Positions 40,301 through 46,300 of a DNA stretch of 61,730 bases are shown piece by piece; position 1 is the first letter of the stretch, and every line of letters starts with the position of its first letter. Position numbers and translations under genes: made by a program. The stretch covers positions 1-61,730 of the forward strand of contig JBDRCT010000021.1 in assembly GCA_043821445.1 (NCBI GenBank), in the 5' to 3' direction. The notes under the pieces are model-generated. The model ran no database searches. It saw only the letters and a program-made list of their open reading frames with translations, and was not told the origin of the DNA. Origin of the DNA: Candidatus Omnitrophota bacterium (lineage in GTDB: Bacteria > Omnitrophota > Omnitrophia > Omnitrophales > Aquincolibacteriaceae).

Positions 40301-43300
40301 CACGAGCCCTGGATCCCGCAACAGAAGCCGCAAATACGCTTCGCCGAAATAGGGGCGCCGCACCGCATAGCTCAAAGAACCCGAAACGGGAACCGGCAAG
40401 TTCGCGATTTTATGGACCATGGCTTGAAAAAAACGATTGGGGTAGTCACGCCAATCGGCAAACAACTGCCGGGCACCTTCTTCGCCGTCAAAAGACTTCA
40501 CACTATCAACGCTCGTGTCGATCATCTGCATTAACGGCCCATAATTGTCCGTTATATTGGAGCTACGAGTGCGGTTTCTTTTCGTAACCCACAGGGCACG
40601 AAGATTCGAAGCCATATTCTCCATGAGATAACGCAACACAATATCATCAAGACCTTCCCGGCTTTCTTTCTGGAAAAGCTCCTGGTAGGAGGCCTCCATC
40701 AGATCATGATCCGCCCAGACCGGAAGAGGCCCGTAGGACTCGCTGACTAACCCGGCCAAACGGTTCGTGTCGAAAGACATCCGAACGGAGTACCAAGTCT
40801 GTTGCCACTTCGTTGCTATAAGTTCAGGGAGTGTGAGAGCATTAAAAAGTCTGGAAGAGTAAACCGTATCCGCCAAGAGTTGGGCCCCTTCCCGCCGAAG
40901 CATCGCGTCCATACCTTTTGCAAAAGACGCTTCCCTGCCCGTTGCGCCGACCCCACCGCCCACACGGGAGGCAGTACCGGTGACCTTTTTATAATCTGCG
41001 CCCGGGATGTACACCATTTTCCTATCGAGTCCGGCCAGAGCATCCGGAGTCACTACGCTTGTAAGAAACGACGCCGCTCCGACACCCTTAAACTCAATCG
41101 TCGCGGCCACTTTGAGGCGAACTTTGCCTTGTCCGGCCAGACGTTTGAGGATCATTCCCGCATTATTTCGTGTCACTTTTTCACCAGCAAGTTCACTGAT
41201 CTCATCGAATGTCGAGAGAATTCGGATGCCGATTCCTTCTTCCACATAGGGCACGACCCAAGGACCCGGCAGGGCAAAAACACGGTTTCCCGTAACCAGC
41301 ATTTTGACCCGTACAGGTTCTCCCGAAGCATTGAATACTTTTTTTAACCCGGCAAATTTCAGTTCTTGTTCCGATAAAACGCTCCCATTGGGATGGTAGA
41401 TCCCATCTCCCGCGATCGGGATGTAGCGCTCGTCGAACCATAAGAGATTTGATTCGTGAGCATCTATCTTTTCGTATAATTCAGCCTCTATGACGCGGAT
41501 CGGCATCATTTCAAAAGGATGCTGCTGCGCCAGGGGATGCTTCCATAGATAGGAAGAGACCATGTGACCGTTCAGAGGATTGATCCCAAGACCGTTTATG
41601 GGATTTTTTTCTAAAATATTCAAACGGCGATTAAAATCCGGCAAACTATCTGGGGTAAACCTCAAAAATCCCTCATCCAATAATCTCAAACCCTCGGGAG
41701 TGTGATCCTCCCGGATCTCGGAGCGAGGTCGTGTCAATAAGGCACCGGCTTTGACATCCATGGCAAAGGTCGCGTCCGGATGTCCTTGCAAGAAGGACGC
41801 GGACACTTCGGAACTCGCCGGCTCCTGTGTGGCTTTTTTGACTGCATCCGCTTTATTTTCTCCAAAAGCCAGGACCGCGATCTTCGCCGCCCTCCGGAAA
41901 GTTTCCGGGCCGATCGTGAGCGCCTGCAAAGGCATTTCCTTGATGCGCGAAAAATCACGCATGTTATCAATGATCGTCGGGACGGCCAGCTCAACGCGCC
42001 GCGTTCGCATGGCCGAAGGTTTTTCCTGTGACAGGACGACCTGGACCGGTCTTCCCAAGGACCGTTCCACCTGCGCTTTGATCTCAGCGAGCTGTTCTTT
42101 CCTTTCATTCGTGATCTCATCCACATAAAAGATCACCTTCTGCCCAAGCAATCCCCGGATCAGTCCGTCCAAGTCCCCGAGATCCTCCGGACCCCACGAA
42201 TCCTTTTTCATCGAAGCCTTCAGAGTCCCCTGAAGTTCCTCGCGAAATTCATTGCTTGTGCGAATGTGGAAATGGTTCGCCAAAGCCATGGTGACGGCTT
42301 GATCAAAATCGACGTCTTGCTCAAGAAGGAATTCGTTGAAATCGGCGAATTTCTTCTCCCATTCGCGCACTTGATCTCCGGACAATTTTTTTCGTATAAG
42401 ATCATTGCCGATAATAATGATCGGTTCATTAAAAGCGATGTGCCCGTCGCGGCCGATACCGCCGAAGCCAAGATCGATACGTCCCGGAAAAGAATTTTCA
42501 TAGCGCCGGCATTCTGCTTCAAAATCTTCCGCATTCCCGTTCAGGAAATGAATGTTCGCGTCCTTAAAGCCAAATTTACGGAGATGCTTGAACAACTTGT
42601 CTTCCATGAACGCACGAAAACTATGGATGTCTTCGGCCCAAACAGGCCCCTTCGCCGTCGGGACAAATCTTTTCATCAAGGATCCGACCACGGTGCTGAC
42701 CGCGGAAGACAAAAAGCCCGCCTGCTTAACCGCTATTGCCGGCACTAGCTTTTTCATCGCCGCACCGGGATAATATTCATCCATGTTGAATGTGTGAAGG
42801 CGGGAAAGATCGATCCGCTCGCTTGCGACGATCCTGATGAACGCATCGTACAATTCGATGGGCGTGCTCCCTGTCGGCAGAATGTATGTCGTATCCCTAT
42901 CGTACCGATTATTGTCCAGAATCGTGTCGGCCATAAGACGGGCGTACTGCTCCACGGCCCGCCGTGTATCACCGTACTCTTCGATGAACAAACCCTGTGA
43001 CGTTTTAAATGCCGCCACCCGGGCCTCGGAGCGGCGTTGGCTTGAGGATCTCCCCGGCACAATGTGGGATTTCACTGTACGCCCTCGGATCTTTTCCGCC
43101 ATGGCTCTTGCCAGCACAGCACCGATTTCTTGCTGGAGTGCAACTCCGTGAAGGTCCCCCCATTTCAAGACCCGCACCAGTTCCTGGGAAGTCTGTTGGG
43201 AACTCTCCAGGTTCGGGAAGAAGGAGACCATCCCTTCAAGAACGCCTCTTGTCTCCGGCGACAGGCCTGAAAGAAGATCACTGCCCAGGATAAGATTAAA

Positions 43301-46300
43301 CAGCCCGTCGGTCACGTTGCTGTCCGGAACATCCACGGCCGCAGCACCTTCGGCCCCCTTCGTGAAAATGTAAAAAGGAGTGGCGGAACTATAATCTCCT
43401 TCCACGCTAACGGAGAACAACCGGGAACCACTCTGCTTTTTATAATTTTTTTCAAGTAGGGCCACGGTATCTTCGGCATACATTCTTAAGGCATAAGGCT
43501 TGATGTAGATCTTTCCGCCATCTTTGAGTTTATCGATGGGACCCTTGTCCGCCAGGAACCTCGCCAGCGGCTCCGGATCGGAATGGAGCAGGACCAGGGC
43601 ATCCAATGTCCTGTCCGGGACGGCCTTGAGAAGTTCCTGAAAATCTTTATTCAGAAGAACAAGGTTGGGCCGGAAAACAGCCTCCCGTTGGATCGTCAGA
43701 TCGTTGCGGAAGAACCGTTCATGGTAATCGCGATATTCCACGCCGTAAGTGTCCGCCGCCACGACCGCGCGGTGCGGATCCCGCGTGATCTCCGCTTCAA
43801 ACTTCCCATCACCCGGTCCGATGGAAAAAATAACTTCTTCGATCTCTCTTCGCGCTCTTTCCGCGGGATCCATCAGTAAAGCGAAACGTTCCATCATTTC
43901 CGTTTCTGGAACACCCGCGGATGATCGTGCTTCGGAGCGGGAAGCCGGGGCCACCAGAGGCAGACCGGGCCGGGTGGTGCCCAGGACCGCGTGAACACGC
44001 ACGATCGTGTTTCCTTTTTTATAGGGGGTTTTTTTCGTTCTGTCGAAATGGATCCACGCCCCAAGGTTATCGTCATTGGGGTTGGAAGATTCCGCGATCC
44101 AACCCTGGGCCGAAAAATCGGACGGAGTGCTGTCCGGAAGCATTTGTATAAAAACGGTCGGCCGGTACCCCCACGAAGAAGGTTTTTCGTTAGTCAAATA
44201 CACCAAGCCATGTTCGAGCGGCTGCGGTTGCGGGACAATGAACCTGTTTTTCCCGGCCGTCGGACTCCGGACCATGGCTTTATTTTCACCCTGATAAATG
44301 GCAAAGTCCGCATCATGCGCCGTGCCGATATTCATGGAGCTGAACTGCAGAACTTTGAACCCTTCATGATTGGCAGCACGATCAGCATCAATCGAAAAGT
44401 TCCGCCTCGCCTTCAACGTAAACGATACCTCCGCCTCAACGCTCTCCTTGAGAGGTTTCCTGAAGATCATTTTAAAATCCTTGGACTGAAAAGCCTCTTT
44501 TTTATCTTCCATGACACCGCTCAAGACGACCGTGCCGTCCTTCCCGGACTTGAACTTCGCCTGGGTAATCCTGGGATTGTGAGAATAAACGCCCTCGCTC
44601 CAATACCCCGGCAGCACAAAGCTGGTCCCCCAATCCACACGCTCCTCGTTCGGCCCGCGATAATTTGCCGGAAGAACACCGCGGAGATAACCGTTCCCTT
44701 TCACGCTGAATATCTGATCACCTTTATAGACGATCTTGATCTCCGTGAAAGTCCCGTGGGGCGTTCGGATCGGCCTGGCCCCCGGACCGCTATCCGTCGC
44801 ACCAATGATCTTCCAATCCCTCGCCGCAAAGATCGTTCTTTCGGAACTCTGCGCTAGTACAACTGATGGCAAGCCTGCGACTGAGGCGAAGGCGAAAGAT
44901 TTCAGACAAAGCCCCAGAAAATATCTCCGGGAGGAACCTTGTAAACGGTTGTCGCGGGCCTCCGAACGAGTTTTTCGCATCTCGGAGCGTCCGGATATTT
45001 GGGAGAGTTGAAAGACCTCCTCCAAAATACGGTCGATATCCTGCTCACCCCGGTAGACCCCCTTGATCTCTGCCGTTCTCTTTTTTGCTCCTTTTTTCAA
45101 GCCATACTCGGCCATCTCCAAGCTCCGTGAGGTAGTAATGTCCCGTTGAATGGCAAATAATCGCGGCAGAACGGAACGGTTTATAAAATTATTTTGGATC
45201 ATATTTTTATCCCCGGATGAGACAATATCTTGAGGGCGATTTGCATCGGGAGGATGGTTATGTAACGCAACCGCATTTTGCAAGGTCATCCAGGGAAAAC
45301 CTCCTACCGTCCCTCCGTCTCCGCACATGACGAAATACCGCTGTTTTCCTGCCCAGAAAGATGTGGTGAGGGTCACTTCAAATTCAAAGTCCGGCAGGGA
45401 TTTGATCAGTTGAAGGAACTGTTCCCGCCCTAAACGTTCCGCCTCGATCACGGCAACCTTTCCGGGGCGTGCCTCTAACGCCCATTTCCGGAACTTCCTG
45501 AGGTCGGCAAGCCTCGCCTTGCCTCTGCAATATTGATCCAAGACATGTTGCTCTTCGTCCGGATGTCCGGCGAGGATCAGTGCTATAAGAGACAGAATGT
45601 CGCCATTGGATCCGACGAGATCTCGAGCCCGTTCCCGGTCCAATTGGATGAGCGCCGGCACGAATTCGGTCCACCGTAATATTCTTACAAGTTGACGGGA
45701 AACGGGATCATTGCCTCGGATGTCGGCAAGCACGCTTTTCAGGGCGGCCCCTTTTTGTCCCAGGTAGACCAGAACATGGTCGAGCCTTTTCTGATTTTCC
45801 CAGTCGCCCTCTTTTTTTCGGACCCGAAGCAGCTGCGGCAAATATTTCAGAAGGTTTTGTTTTATCTCATCATCATTTTTTTCTGCCAACGCTTCCAGAC
45901 TTTCGGTCGCCCACGACCTAACGGCACGAACCGGGTGCTGCGCTCCCGGCACCAAAAGCTCAGGATCTTCGATCGAACCGAATAATTCAGTTGCATGGCT
46001 GATAAAAACACGAAGCATCCACTCCTCTTCTTTTTTCACATTTCCAAGCACATAGCGAAGCAGAAGTTCCTGTTCGGAAAGGGTCAACGGGGACAGGACT
46101 TCGATCTTTTCCTGGGGATCTCTTAGGGCCCGAAGCTCTTCTTGGATCTTTTCAATCAACCTCTCCGCATCCGTCGCACGCACTTCAGAGCGTGGTACCG
46201 AAAGAGGCCATCTGATTTCTGCTCCCGGCACAAGAACGCTGGCGAGGACCGGTTCGGCGGTGGTAATGGATTTGAGGAGTTGGGCGATGCCGGATTCGCT

